64,000 nucleotides of DNA, from positions 77,810,001-77,874,000 of the forward strand of contig OZ024741.1 in assembly GCA_964016885.1 (NCBI GenBank). The letters are read 5' to 3'. Below the pieces are notes generated by a model. That model did no database searches. It saw only the letters and a list, made by a program, of their open reading frames with translations, and was not told where the DNA came from. Below, piece by piece: positions 24,273-36,449 of the stretch. The position numbers and the translations under genes are program-made. This DNA comes from Eledone cirrhosa (taxonomy: Eukaryota). Position 1 is the first letter of the stretch. Each line of letters starts with the position of its first letter.

Positions 24273-25559
24273 TATAACATGTTTTATATTAAAAATCTCA
24301 CTGAACTATTTAATCATTTGACTGCCAAGCTTCTGAATAATTTACAGCTGTTACACAGGGATCATCATCATCATCGTTTAACGTCTGCCTTCCCTGATAG
24401 CAAGGGTTGGATGAGTCATCAGCAAACCTGGTTGGTACATAAAGTGGAGGTACTGACCCCATGGACTGGGAGTCTGCATCTCAATTACATTCCTGCACTC
24501 TATCAAGTGCTCAAAAGGGCTAGCGGCCCGCGACTTGCTTACATATAATCCCACACACAGTGCATTTCTTCATGACACCACCCCTAAAGAGGTTGTCATA
24601 TCCTTGACACATCTGAGTGTCCTCCTAACCCTTTGTTTGGTAGGTTTTCTATGGCTCAGGCTTTTCCAGTCATCAACTCTTGAGAGGCTGTTGTTCATTG
24701 GGGCACCTTATTCATCTGACTCAACAACACCAACTGCACTACTATGCACACCATTATCATCATCCTCATTTGGTTCTGAATCATTTTTGCTTTCAAAATC
24801 CCTATCATTACTGTAATTATCACCCTGTTCACTCTCCTCATTAGAATCTAATATTTGGGCTATTATCTGATAAACTGATAGCTTTCTCTAGGTAATTTTT
24901 TATGATCCACAAAAATTGGAAATAATTCATGCAAACACACAAGATATACTCTCTGTGAACATATGAGCAACAGGTCATATGAAACAAAGTATCTCACTGG
25001 CCAGGATGCTGCTAGGTAATTTGCTGGTAAATTAGGGCACTTGATGGTCAACAGATTGGCTGCTCATATTGTGGACACTAATGTCATGTCTGAATTTGGC
25101 AGCTTGTGTTCGAATGGTTAGAAAAAATGTTATTAAAATCGTAACTGTTCCTATTCCTTGTTTTTCTTTTCTTTTTTTCTAGTCAGCCTTATGGTTTTCT
25201 TTCAGTTTCTCTTGACTCTTAAAATCTTGTAATGATTTAGCAGAAAATATCTAAAAATGAGTTGGTTTGTTAATTCAAATATTTATAGTATGTTTACCAA
25301 TCGATAAGTTGTGGAAATTTACAATATTAGATTAAGGACTTTGATTTTTAATGTAATACAATCATAGTGCTATTTTATACTTTTCAAGAATGTCTTCCTA
25401 ATGCAGCTTCATGTGGTACTGGACGTTAAGTCTTATGAAAATGACATTGAGCTAATGAGTGAAACCTTTATGCATTTTACTTGAACTTCTAGCAGTAACA
25501 ATTGATTCTCTTCAAATCAGACACTATCATGTTTAAAAAAAAAAGGATACATCAAATAA

Positions 25560-26177
25560 TACAGTTCAACTTCTTTGCCCACTTATTTTTGAGAGGGTCG
25601 TGGGAACAGTCCTCAAACACTCATTCCAGCGGGTCCTGTCAGAACCAACTATTTCTGACTGATCTGGCTGGATCTCTAAGTGAGACAAGCCGATCTCATG
25701 GATTTTATCCAACCATCTTGCTCTGGGTCTCCTTCCAGTTGGTTTTGCCCATAAAATCTGTCCAGCAAATTTATTTTTTCCCGGAGACATTCATTATATC
25801 TAATCTAATTTGGCCGAGTTTACACTAGCAAATAAGAACCAGGGCCGCCCTTAGGAGCATTGGATTTGGTGTACTTCATATATGTTTCAGTTGCTGAATA
25901 CAATCAGGGGTCGCTGCTTCTCCTAAAGGTCAATAGTTCTCTTCTAACTCGAGTGGGAGCGCTTTCCATTGTCAATTTGCATTGATCATCTGTATAGCCG
26001 CATTGTTCTCAGAACTACCTCCATCCCTTGATTTGGCAGGATTGCAACTCATTTCTACAGCTGAGTAAACTGGGGCAACGTGAAAAAGTGTCTTGCTCAA
26101 GGACGCAACACATATAGTCTGAGAATCGAACTCACAACCTTTCGATTGCAATGCCAATGCTCTAACCACTAAGCCTT
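25560..26177 (-). mobile_element. SINE head and CORE-like middle joined to the 3' end of a second RTE-type LINE
   Basis: 26045-26177 matches the head of 12655-12797; 25566-25790 encodes ILWAKPTGRRPRARWLDKI...DRTRW. Confidence 0.65.
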
Positions 26178-27439
26178 AAAACTAGTAAGGATGGTCACAT
26201 ATTGACTAGCTTTATAAGTTTACTTAATCAAGGGCTAACCAGTGGGTAAATATCACCACCACCATAATATACTTGAATATAAGCCGACTCCTATTTTATG
26301 TCTGAAATAGGCAAAAATCCAAACTCTGTTTATAATCCAAGGCAGGTAATTAACATGGTTTGATAGTGTGTTTTTGAAATTCTCATGAAGTTTTAATATT
26401 TTGATATTTAAATTGTGTTAAGTGTCATTTAGATTATAGTTGTTTTACAACTCTATTACGTAATGATGTTTTCCAATTTCCAAATTTTGACGGCCTTATT
26501 CATTCAAAATATTTCAAAAACTAGGAAATATGAATTTCACATTTAAAGTGAAACTGGTATAATATTCATCCCCAAAACGATAATTGGGAATGAACCTGAA
26601 CCTAAGTGGTTAAGAAGCAAATCTCAATCATACAGGGTAGGTGTCATTGCAGTTGACATTCAGCTTGAATCTCTGTTGGTTTATGTTTGTAGAGAAGAAA
26701 GACCATTGCAGATTTAGTATGGAAGTATTGAGAGGAAGTGTTTAATTGGTAAAGTCATGGGATTATGAAGCTGGCTTCACAACCATATGGTTTCGGGTTC
26801 AATCTCACTGCATGGCACATTGAACAAGTGTCTTCTATTATCTCAGTCTAACTTATGCCTTGTGAGCAAACTGTTATGCCGTAAGTCTGTTGTGGGTGAA
26901 GCAGCAGCTGACACCATTAAATAAAGATGTTACCACTTCTGTGGACATTATACTCTCAGTAGTAATGGCAATAAGTAAACTAAATCTTGGGCTTCATGGA
27001 AAAATGAAATTTGCACTGAATTCTTACACAGTGGTGACAATCTCCATGTGTGTAGTCAGGAGAATTTGTGCACAAAATCCTATATCTGCCAAAATTTCCA
27101 ATTGACCATTTTCTGTTCAGTTGTTCATCCCCCATCGGTGGACAATATTGCCCATGTTGGAAAGCCTTGCATTAGAGGAACAATGGTTATGGTTTTCACA
27201 GCAAAACTGATGCTGAAGTGCATGGATCTTGTCTAAGTTTTTAACAATCTAACAAAAACTTTTGATACTAGGGCTTCACAATGAAATTGTAAATATAGCA
27301 TAAAATGTATATTTTAAAAGGTTTTCAGGGTTGTCTTATTCACCAGTGTACCAGATCATCCATTTTTAATTTATCTAATAATTGATTTTTTTTTGTTTGT
27401 TCTCATTAAAATTTTATATTTAGACAATCCCAACCCAAA

Positions 27440-27647
27440 CCCTTTAGGATTAATCCAGCCAGAATTCTCTCACCTTTCTGTTCAAACTCGTCGTAACCGG
27501 CCACTCACACTGATGTTAAGGTATTGTTCTCAAAATAAATAATATCAAAATCTCATAGATTCGATATTATGTGAGATATTTTTGTGAGGTAAAGACTTTA
27601 CCACGAAAATATAATAGTATATATAGAGTAATGTAAATACTAAAGGT
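27440..27647. mobile_element. piggyBac-type MITE copy
   Basis: Homologous to 3583-3785; right end mutated GGG to GGT. Confidence 0.8.
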
Positions 27648-28239
27648 TTAAGACTGAAGCATGTCTGGCATTCCAATTGAACTTTTAATTAATTTGAATT
27701 CTGGAGTTGCCTTTGACAGGAATTAACATTAATGATTTTTTTTTTTTCATTAGTTGTAATTTTAAAAGTTTTTTGGTGGGAGTTACTTCTTTCACATACA
27801 CTTAAGTGTACATGGTATATTTATAGCAGTTAAACCAAAAAACAAACAAGTTTTCTCTATTCTTCCAGCATACCAACTATGAGAATTTCATTTTTCTGGT
27901 ATATTATATATACTATGGTTGAGTGAAGGTTTATTTGCTATTTCTAGTCAATCAAACGATCAGATAGAAGTTCTATTCATTTTGCCATATGTTTACTCGA
28001 TCAGAGCTTATTTGGAGCTAAACAATTATAACAAACCATTTGAATAGCTATTCCTTTTGTGAATAAGTTAATTTGAATATTTCAAAAATAAAAACAACAA
28101 ACACAAATTACAAAAAACAAGAAGCATTATGGGATGTTAAAAACAAAATTTATAAATTTTATATCAGTTATTTTTTTGTTTTACATTTCTTCTAATAAAA
28201 GGAGGATAATGTATGAACAATAGAAGGTAAATAACAGCA

Positions 28240-29110
28240 ACAACAATATTTCTAAAATAGTTAAGAGGCCAGGAATTGTTGGGGGGAGTCATAGTCTATT
28301 AAATGAACTGAAATAATTGGTTCTTTATTTTATTAGTTCTGAATTATAAAAGGCAAAGTGGAACTAAGCAGATTTAAGCTCAAAATGTAATTAAATCCCA
28401 CTATAAATCTTTTTCTAGTACTCTACTATTTCTGCCCCTCCAGCAGAGTAACTAAAGGCCACATACTGTTGTGGAGAGCAAACAGTTGATTAAACCAATC
28501 CAAGTATTTGACTAATACACCTTTCGTTGACTTAGGATGAAAGATCATGTGGACCACAGTATTATTTGAACATAAACAAATAACACAAAATATTTTATTC
28601 AGCTTTCTAGGCATTTTGCTATCCAGTAATAATTTCTTACATAGGTACAAGGCTACAAATTCAGTAGTTGGGACCAGTATATCACTGGTACTTTATTTAT
28701 TAACTCCAAAAGGATGAAATGCTAAGTTAATTTCTCAGGGCATATTAACTCAGAAAACAAACAGTTTTTCCCTGTGTCCTGAATCTGCTACAACCTGGCA
28801 ATAATAATAAACATTTCTGATTTAGGCACAAGGCCAGAAATTTAAAGGAAGGGTTAATTTATTCAATCAAACCTAGTACTTGACTGGTACATAATTTTAT
28901 CAATCCTGGAAGGATGAATAGCAAAGTTGAGCTTATCAGTTGAACCCAGAATGTAAAGAGCTGGAACAAATATCATCAGGTGTTTTTGTCTGATATTCTA
29001 CTGATTCTGCAAATTCAACCTCGGCAATACTAATAATTTATACTTTAGGTAAAAAGCCAGTAGTTTGGGTGAGGCGGAAAGTCAATTAATTATCTCACCC
29101 CCAGTACTTA
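28240..29110 (-). mobile_element. Head-to-tail cluster of degenerate SINEs
   Basis: Four to five repeats of aaggcc...actggtac...aaggatgaa..gcaaagt...gaac(t/c)cag separated by (AAT)n/(AAC)n. Confidence 0.65.
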
Positions 29111-29689
29111 GGGCTTGATACCACTAAAACTGAGAGTATCTTGAGTAAATTCAAACCATAGATTGCTCTCCTACAAAAGACTGCCATGTTGGGGACTGTA
29201 CATATACTCAGAAAAGTATTGTCATCTAAGGACCTTGTTGAGACTCAACACACTAGATGATCCAGTAACCATCATATTTATTGTGCATCAACAATAATAT
29301 GAGTTAGAAGTAGTTGCTGTCATTGAGGAGGATGATGACAGTGATGGTGATTAAAGAAACAACAATGATGTTATCATTTGATTGGTGATAATGTTTGTAA
29401 GGCTTAGAATAGTAAGAACAACCTAGTGTTATATGTTGAGGAGTATTCCCACTTGACAAAACAACAATAGCATAGTAGACAAGGACAATGTAGATATATT
29501 ATTCAGCGGTGGAGTACAGGTACCGTAGATAGACCTGTCGTTTAGTGGTTGAATTGGTCGAAAGTTATTTGCCACTTTTATTCTCAAATCTGTTTCATGG
29601 AGTTCATAGATGTTATGGCGGAATTCCTCGACCTGAAATATAGATATATATATATATGTAAGTGCTGAAGTGGATGTGACTCATGTTTT

Positions 29690-30940
29690 TCACATGGAGT
29701 ACACCTCCTCTAAGCCTCTGGTTTCTGCTGCACATGCTCCCTCAAGGATTTTGCATTGCCAGGTTGGGCAAGTGATTCCCAGCTACTGGGATTGATGTTG
29801 AGAGACACTTTTAAATTGTCTTTGAAACATTTCTTCTGTCCACTAACAGAGTGCTTGTCCTGGCTCAGCTTTCCATACAGTAGTTATTTTAATTGTCTGC
29901 AGTCTGACATCCTGCATGGCCTCTCCATCAGATTCTAGGACTTTGTCTTGCCAACCTATATGGGGAAATCTGCAGATGCAGCTCAAGTGCAAATGATTGA
30001 ACTATTTAGCATGTCTGCTGTAGACAGTCTAGGTCTTGCAGGTGTAGAGGAAGGGGGTGAGCACTACTGGTCAGTAGACTTATAGCTTGCTAGTGAGGCT
30101 GAGTCCTATCCCCTCCCATAAATTCCTATGGAGCCTTACAAAGGCAGCACTGGCTTAAGCAATCCTATTGCTAACCTCTGCATCTAGGCTTGCCACTTTC
30201 GAAAGGGTGCTTCCCAGATAGTTGGAGCTATCAGCTGCTTGTAGTTTCTGTTCTTATGATGTATGGTTTGATTAGAACTTTACAGGTGCAGGCAAGTACA
30301 TAACTTTGGTTTTGTTGGTGCTGATTTTGAGTGAGAAGCTATCAATTTCTTGTTACATGTTATGTTGTGTGCTAGCATTGAGGGCGGAGTCATGAGTGAA
30401 TAAAAAGTCTCTGATGATAGTCTCTTTTACCTTTGTGAGAACTTGCAGGCATTGGAGGTTAAATAGCCTACCATCAGTCCTGTATCAGATGTGTATGACA
30501 TCCTAGCAACAGTGGAAGGCATCATGCAGCATAGCAGAAAAGACCATACTGAAAAGTGTTGAGGCAAGAACACACCTTTGCTTCACACCAATTGCCATTG
30601 CAAAGACTTCTGACACATCACCATCGTCCAAAAACTTTCACCATCAACCATCATGAAACTGCCAAACAACCATGATGAACCTGCCCAAACTTTTCCATAG
30701 GCCATTTCTGCTGACGGTATTAGATGCTTTCGTCAAATCGATGAACGTCATGAATAGATTGCTGTGCTGCTCCTGGAGTTGGTTTGCAGCAAATATCATA
30801 TCAGCAGTGTTCCATTGAGCACAGAAGCCACACTGGCTTCCTGAGAGGTCTTGCTCAAAGTGTTGGAAAAGGCAACTGAGTAGGACGTGGGCTAAGATCT
30901 TCCTGGCTATGGATAAGAGGGAGGTAGCTCGGTGACTGTC
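29690..30940 (-). mobile_element. Degenerate BovB-like RTE LINE
   Basis: SLLSIARKILAHVLL...SQCGF...DMIFAANQLQE...FIDLTKA.NTVSRNGLWK; GVKQRCVLASTLFS. Confidence 0.75.
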
Positions 30941-30994
30941 ACACACATACATATATATATATATATATAACACAGGATTGGGATCTCTGGTGTT

Positions 30995-31843
30995 ATGCAG
31001 TAATACAGAAGACCAGCCTTCCCACGTCCATGGGTTGAAGCATACATCTAGTATGTACCACTTTCCCCTATCTTCCCCTCTCCCATCCTAACACACTCTA
31101 CACATGCCCTAACACTCCACCCATGTCCTAACATTCCATCCACGCCCTAACACCACACCCTTCACCCACATCCTTACACCCACCCTTCTCCAAACTAGAT
31201 CTACCTCGCCAATTCCCATGTATCTCCTCCACCCCAGCCCCCAATTCACATTGTAAAGTGGTCATTTTGGTGCTACAAAAAAAAAGTGCTCAGTCCACAC
31301 TGCATAATGGTCATTTTAGTGCCATGATAAAAAGCACCCAGTACACACTGTAAATATGGTTGGCGTTAGGAAGGGCATCCAGCCATAGAAACCAAGCAAA
31401 AATCAGTTCTGTATGAGCAAGACACGGTCATCTGCTCTGGCTTGTCTTACAATGGGACAACTCATCTAACCCATGCTAACGTGAAAAAATGAATGTTGAA
31501 GGGTGATGATGATTATATATATATGTATGTAGTGTCTTGTTTCCTTGAGCAAGACATTTTATTTAACATTGCTCCAGATTACTCAGCTGTAGAAATTAGA
31601 TGATGGGGACTGGGGTCCCTATCATTCCACTGCAAAGTGGTTGTGGAGGTGCCACGGCAAAAAAAGCACTGAGCCCACACTGTAAAGTGGATGTGTAGGC
31701 GCCACGGAAAAAAAAAAAAAAAAAAAAGCACTGTAAAATGAGGTTGGTGTTAGGAAGGGCATCCAGCTGTAGAAATCAAGCCAGAATCAGTTCCCGTCCC
31801 ACCCTTGCAAGCAGGGAAAAGCGGACGTATGATGATGATGATG
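30995..31843 (+). mobile_element. RTE 3' UTR (to ~31512) followed by a 5'-truncated SINE with RTE tail (31530-31843)
   Basis: Two successive ttaggaagggcatccagc...(GAT)n ends; the second is near-identical to 12468-12700. Confidence 0.75.
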
Positions 31844-32879
31844 GCTGCAACTTGATTTTGAGTAATGCTATTGCTTCATACTTAAGTATGAACATCACGG
31901 ACATGGTTTTTTTAATCCTGCCAGGGACTTGTTTATGGCCTGCAATGCCATGCATTGCAAAAAATGTCACATATCAAATGACGCCTGCGCTTGAAGCTTT
32001 TTTAAGCGAAGAAAGGCTTTGCATGGGACCAATCCCACTCTCTGAACATTGAATGCAAAGTAGAACTGGTCTACATCATTGGATGCAAAAAAGTCACAGG
32101 TTTTATATCAGAGTGAGCTTCTCCTAGAGAGATGTCTTAATGAAGACTAGGTGTCTCTCACTCCACACAAATTAAAAAAATCTTTATTGGATGGCTATTG
32201 ACTCTCCTGAGTTCCTCCGCCCTTTGACGAGTCTTGTTTCTCATCCCACAGGGTGTCGAATATCACCCTGCTCACCAAGCAAGCTTGGTGGGGTTGCCAG
32301 TTTAATCGCTGACAACCCGACCATGCACAGATTGTACTGGGTTACATGTTACATATGTATGTATGGACCCATAATTCTTGAGGGAGTTCTAGTTGACATA
32401 CAGCATATCTAGGGCATTTTAAAACCTCGCAGAGCCCATCTCCTCTCCAGGTCTGAATGTAGCAGATTTCTTCTAGAGAAGGGTAGAGAATGAGAGAAAG
32501 AAAGTGAGAAATAGATATAGAAGAGGAATCAACTTCTCTACTATACTGATACTTTTTTATCAACCTTAAATGTTTGAAAGGTAAAGTTGACCTCGGCACG
32601 ATTTGAACTCAGAGAGCAGAAAGCTGGAACGAATACTGCAAAGCATTCTATCCAATGTTCTAACAATTCACCACCTATACACATATATTCATATGATAAA
32701 ATGCACCCAATCCACATTGTAAAGTGATAGTGCTGGTGCTCTGAGAAAACAAATCCTGTACATCCCATGATGTGGTTAGCATTAAGAAAGGATAACCAGC
32801 TGTAAAATTCATAGCAAAATAGAACATATAATCTGCCTGTCTGGCCTCAGAGTGTGACAACCCATCTATCCCATGCATC

Positions 32880-34500
32880 CTAGGTGATCTAATTAGCAGT
32901 GGAGGCAGATGTTCTGAGAGCATAGCAGCTAGAATAAAAACAGGTTGCTACTACCTCTGTTGACAACAAAAGTTTTCCCCTCTATCAACAAAAGGCTGGC
33001 TGTGTAATAAGTGATGTTGTATGGTAGTGAGACATGGATAGTGACTGCAGAGAATTTGAAGAAAGATAAAGCGAATATGCTTCAATAGATGTGCAATGTT
33101 AATGTACATGAATAATGAAATGGATGAACTGAGAGTAAAGTTGAGTATATGAAGAATTAGATGTAGTGAGCAGGAGAGGAGACTGTGCTGGTATGAGCAT
33201 GTGATGCATATGGATGATGATTGTTGAACGAAGAAGTACCAAGAAATCCCACTGGAAGGGAGATACAGTAGAGAGAGGCCAAGGAAGACATAGGGGGAGG
33301 TTGTGAGAGCTGATCTCAAATCACTCAAATTCAGGAGATAAAGAAAAACCATGAGTGAGGGGACGCTGTGCTGGAAAAGACCCATCCAACCCATGCAAGC
33401 ATGGAAAAGTGGAAGTAAAATGATGATGATGATGCACACACACACATGTGTACAGAGGAGCTGTTAGTGAAGTGAGAGTTGGAAATGAGTTTAGTGAAGA
33501 ATTCAAAGTACAGTTAAGAGTGCATCAGGGTTTGGTTCTCGGCCTACTTCTGTTTATTATAGTCCTTCAGGTCATAACAGAGAACTTCTTCTGTATGTTG
33601 ATGATCTAGTTCTTATAGCTGAATCCGTTGAAGAAATAGAGAACAAATTCAGACTGAGGAACCAGAACTTCAAATCAAAAAAGCTGAGAGTAAACTTAGC
33701 AAAAACCAAAGTGTTAATAAGTAGGAAAGAAGACAAGACCCTAATTCCATCAAAGAAATGGCCTTGCTTGATATGCAGAACATGAGTAGGTAGAAACTCT
33801 ATACTATATACACAATGCAAATCTTTGGACACAAGAGGTGTAGCAGGCAGACTAACAGGAAAGGAAGACTTTGTATGTAATAGATGCTAGGGAAAATTGA
33901 TAGAAAGACTTAGCAATATACACTTTTTTTAATCCCAGGTAGGATTCATAGAAGTGGTTGATATCTTCTGCTATCTAGGTGACCAAATTAGCAGTGGAGG
34001 TGGGTGCTCCAGGAACATAGTAGCTAGACGAACGGAATGGAAGAAGTTTAGAAAGCTACTACCCCTGTTAACAACAAAAGGTTTCTCCCTACAAATGAAA
34101 AGTTGACTGTTTGATGCTCCTGTGTGATGTGCTATGCTGCATGGTAGTGAAATATAGACAGTGACAGCAGAGGTTATGTGAAGCCTGGAGATAAATGAAG
34201 AGAACATGCTTCAATGGATATACAATGTTAAAAGATGAACTAAGAAAGAAATTGAATATAAGAGGAATCAGATTTTGTGATGCCCATGGATAATGAATGC
34301 TAGGTGAAGAAGTACCAAGAAATCTCAGTGAAAGACAGCTGCAGTAGAAGACCATAGTGGAAATCATTAAAGCTTATCTCAAATTGATGAAGCTCAAGGT
34401 AGAGATGACAAAGGATTGCAATGAGTGAAGGGATGCTGTGCTGAAAAGGACCCATCCAACTCATGCAAGCATAGAAAAGCAGATGTAAAATGATGATGAC
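32880..34500 (+). mobile_element. Two tandem degenerate RTE fragments
   Basis: LGD.ISSGG, LLYVDDLVLIAES, remnants of the Cys-rich insert, two (GAT)n tails. Confidence 0.75.
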
Positions 34501-34782
34501 ACACACACACACACATATATATTCATATACACACACATTTCCCCCCCCCCCCCCCCCCCCATCAATCCTCTTATCACTCTTTAATTTCTATTTATCTTCT
34601 ATTTATCTTCTATCTTCTGATTACTGTCTGAAACGTTAAAACTCTCTTCCTGCTATTTCAAGCATTAAACTAATATATTTCTTCCATGTATTGTGCCATT
34701 TGTTTTGTTCTTTCTGTTTACCTTTTACATATATATGTATATATATATGTGTGTATATCATTATCATGAAATGTGCATGTAT

Positions 34783-35480
34783 ATCATCATCATCATCATT
34801 GTTTAATGTCTATCTTCCACGTTAGCATGGGTTAAACAGGAATTGTCCCATTTGAGGTAAGATTGGTCGGGTGACCGTGTCTCACTCGTATAGGACTATT
34901 TGGCAGATTTTCTACGGTTGGATGCCCTTCCTAACACCAACCACATTTACAGTGTGGACTGGGAGCTTTTTACCGTGTTACCTACACGACTACATTACAG
35001 CGTGGACTGTTTTTTTACTTTTCTTTCCTTTTTTTTTTTTTCTTTTCCTATTTTTGTTTTTTGTCGTGACACCTACACAATCTCATTAGTTTGGACTGGA
35101 TATTGTGGGACCAACATAACTTTATAGAGAAAGGGTGGTGTTGGTGGGAGTGGAAGGGTGGAGTAGGGGTAGTGGGTTTGGATGTATGTTTGGTTTGGAG
35201 AGGCCTACTGACTGTAGGTTAACTTTGCACGTAGGGAACATGGGTCTTCTGTATTATTGTGTGGCGCCAAAGATCTCCAGTGACATTGTCTTAGAGAGGT
35301 GAAATATGCAAGGTCGGAATTTATCAAGTCATCTCAGGTTTTTCTGGGTCTACCTACTCCGTAACTTCCATCAATTTTGATCGCCCTGCAATTTTTTATA
35401 CAGCTGTCATCTTTCATGTGCATCACGTGACAATACCAACGTAATCTTCTCTCAAGTAAACAGCATCTGATCCCTCTTAT
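34783..35480 (-). mobile_element. RTE LINE 3' fragment
   Basis: Homologous to 10295-10991 and 53560-54222. Confidence 0.85.
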
Positions 35481-36449
35481 TTATATATATATATCATGCT
35501 GGTACCACAAAACATCCAGCCCACACTGTAAAATGGACATGCAAAAGACACAGCAAAAAGCACTCAAGGGCATGGAACAATTTTTTGCTGTTAACCTTTT
35601 CATTAAATTGATCTAGTTACTTGGCTTTTTTGTGTCAGAGCTAAATACTATTAGTTGATCAACTTATATTGACCTTCTATCAGGAAATGTGTATCCTATG
35701 TTCACCAGTTGGATAAACCAAAGCAATGCAGAATAATGATATATCTAAAAATGCAATGAAAAGCATGGATAAAAATTGGACTGACATGCTAGAGGGCAAT
35801 CCATTGCATTACCCTATCAACTATTCTCTACTCTGACGTGTTGATGTGTCTTTGTTTTACACCTAAAGTAAAATTTATAAATCTCAGTGTGGTCCTCAAA
35901 ATTTATCCACAGATCAACCAGACATGTTCACACTTTTCAAATAATTTTGCTAAAGAGAGACAGAAGTGTCTATTAAAACAAACCACTCTCTATTAAGGGT
36001 GGGCAATATATATGATGCCTCTTTCTCTCTTTTACAGTCAGACTAAAATCAGTGTGGTAGCTTTGTGTGTCAGTCTGGTGGGACACATTCTTCTTCAACA
36101 GCATTCCTGGAAAGGATCAGAACTGTAAACTAATGTAACGTTTGTCAATTATACAATGTAGTTGCTGCTTCTGTTGAGTAGTATCACCACTATGGTATAT
36201 ATCTACAGTCAGGTGAACTAGGTAATTTGAATATAAAGTGTTTTAACCAGCCACTCAGCCATGCAGTGATAATGGGATATAAAACTTGATATCATAATCA
36301 TCTGTAGTATATGAATTATGGAGCAACACTTCTTTCTCCAAGAATCCAGTATGGTTATACTTTGATTCAGTTGAATTAGGACATATCTTGCCGTTTCAAT
36401 AATAATGGATATAAAGCTAAAAGTGTATTTTGGGTCCTGGATTTGCAGG

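Noticed and set aside
24314-25117. Possible piggyBac-like remnant with an acidic N-terminal fragment on the minus strand
   Set aside because: Termini are only weakly complementary and no catalytic motifs are visible.
26261-27350. Possible pogo/Tigger-like element from tataagccga-type ends
   Set aside because: Ends are too decayed and no transposase motif could be read.
31085-31190. Telomere-like CCCTAAC repeats
   Set aside because: About 20-bp degenerate units within an RTE 3' UTR, not tandem TTAGGG.
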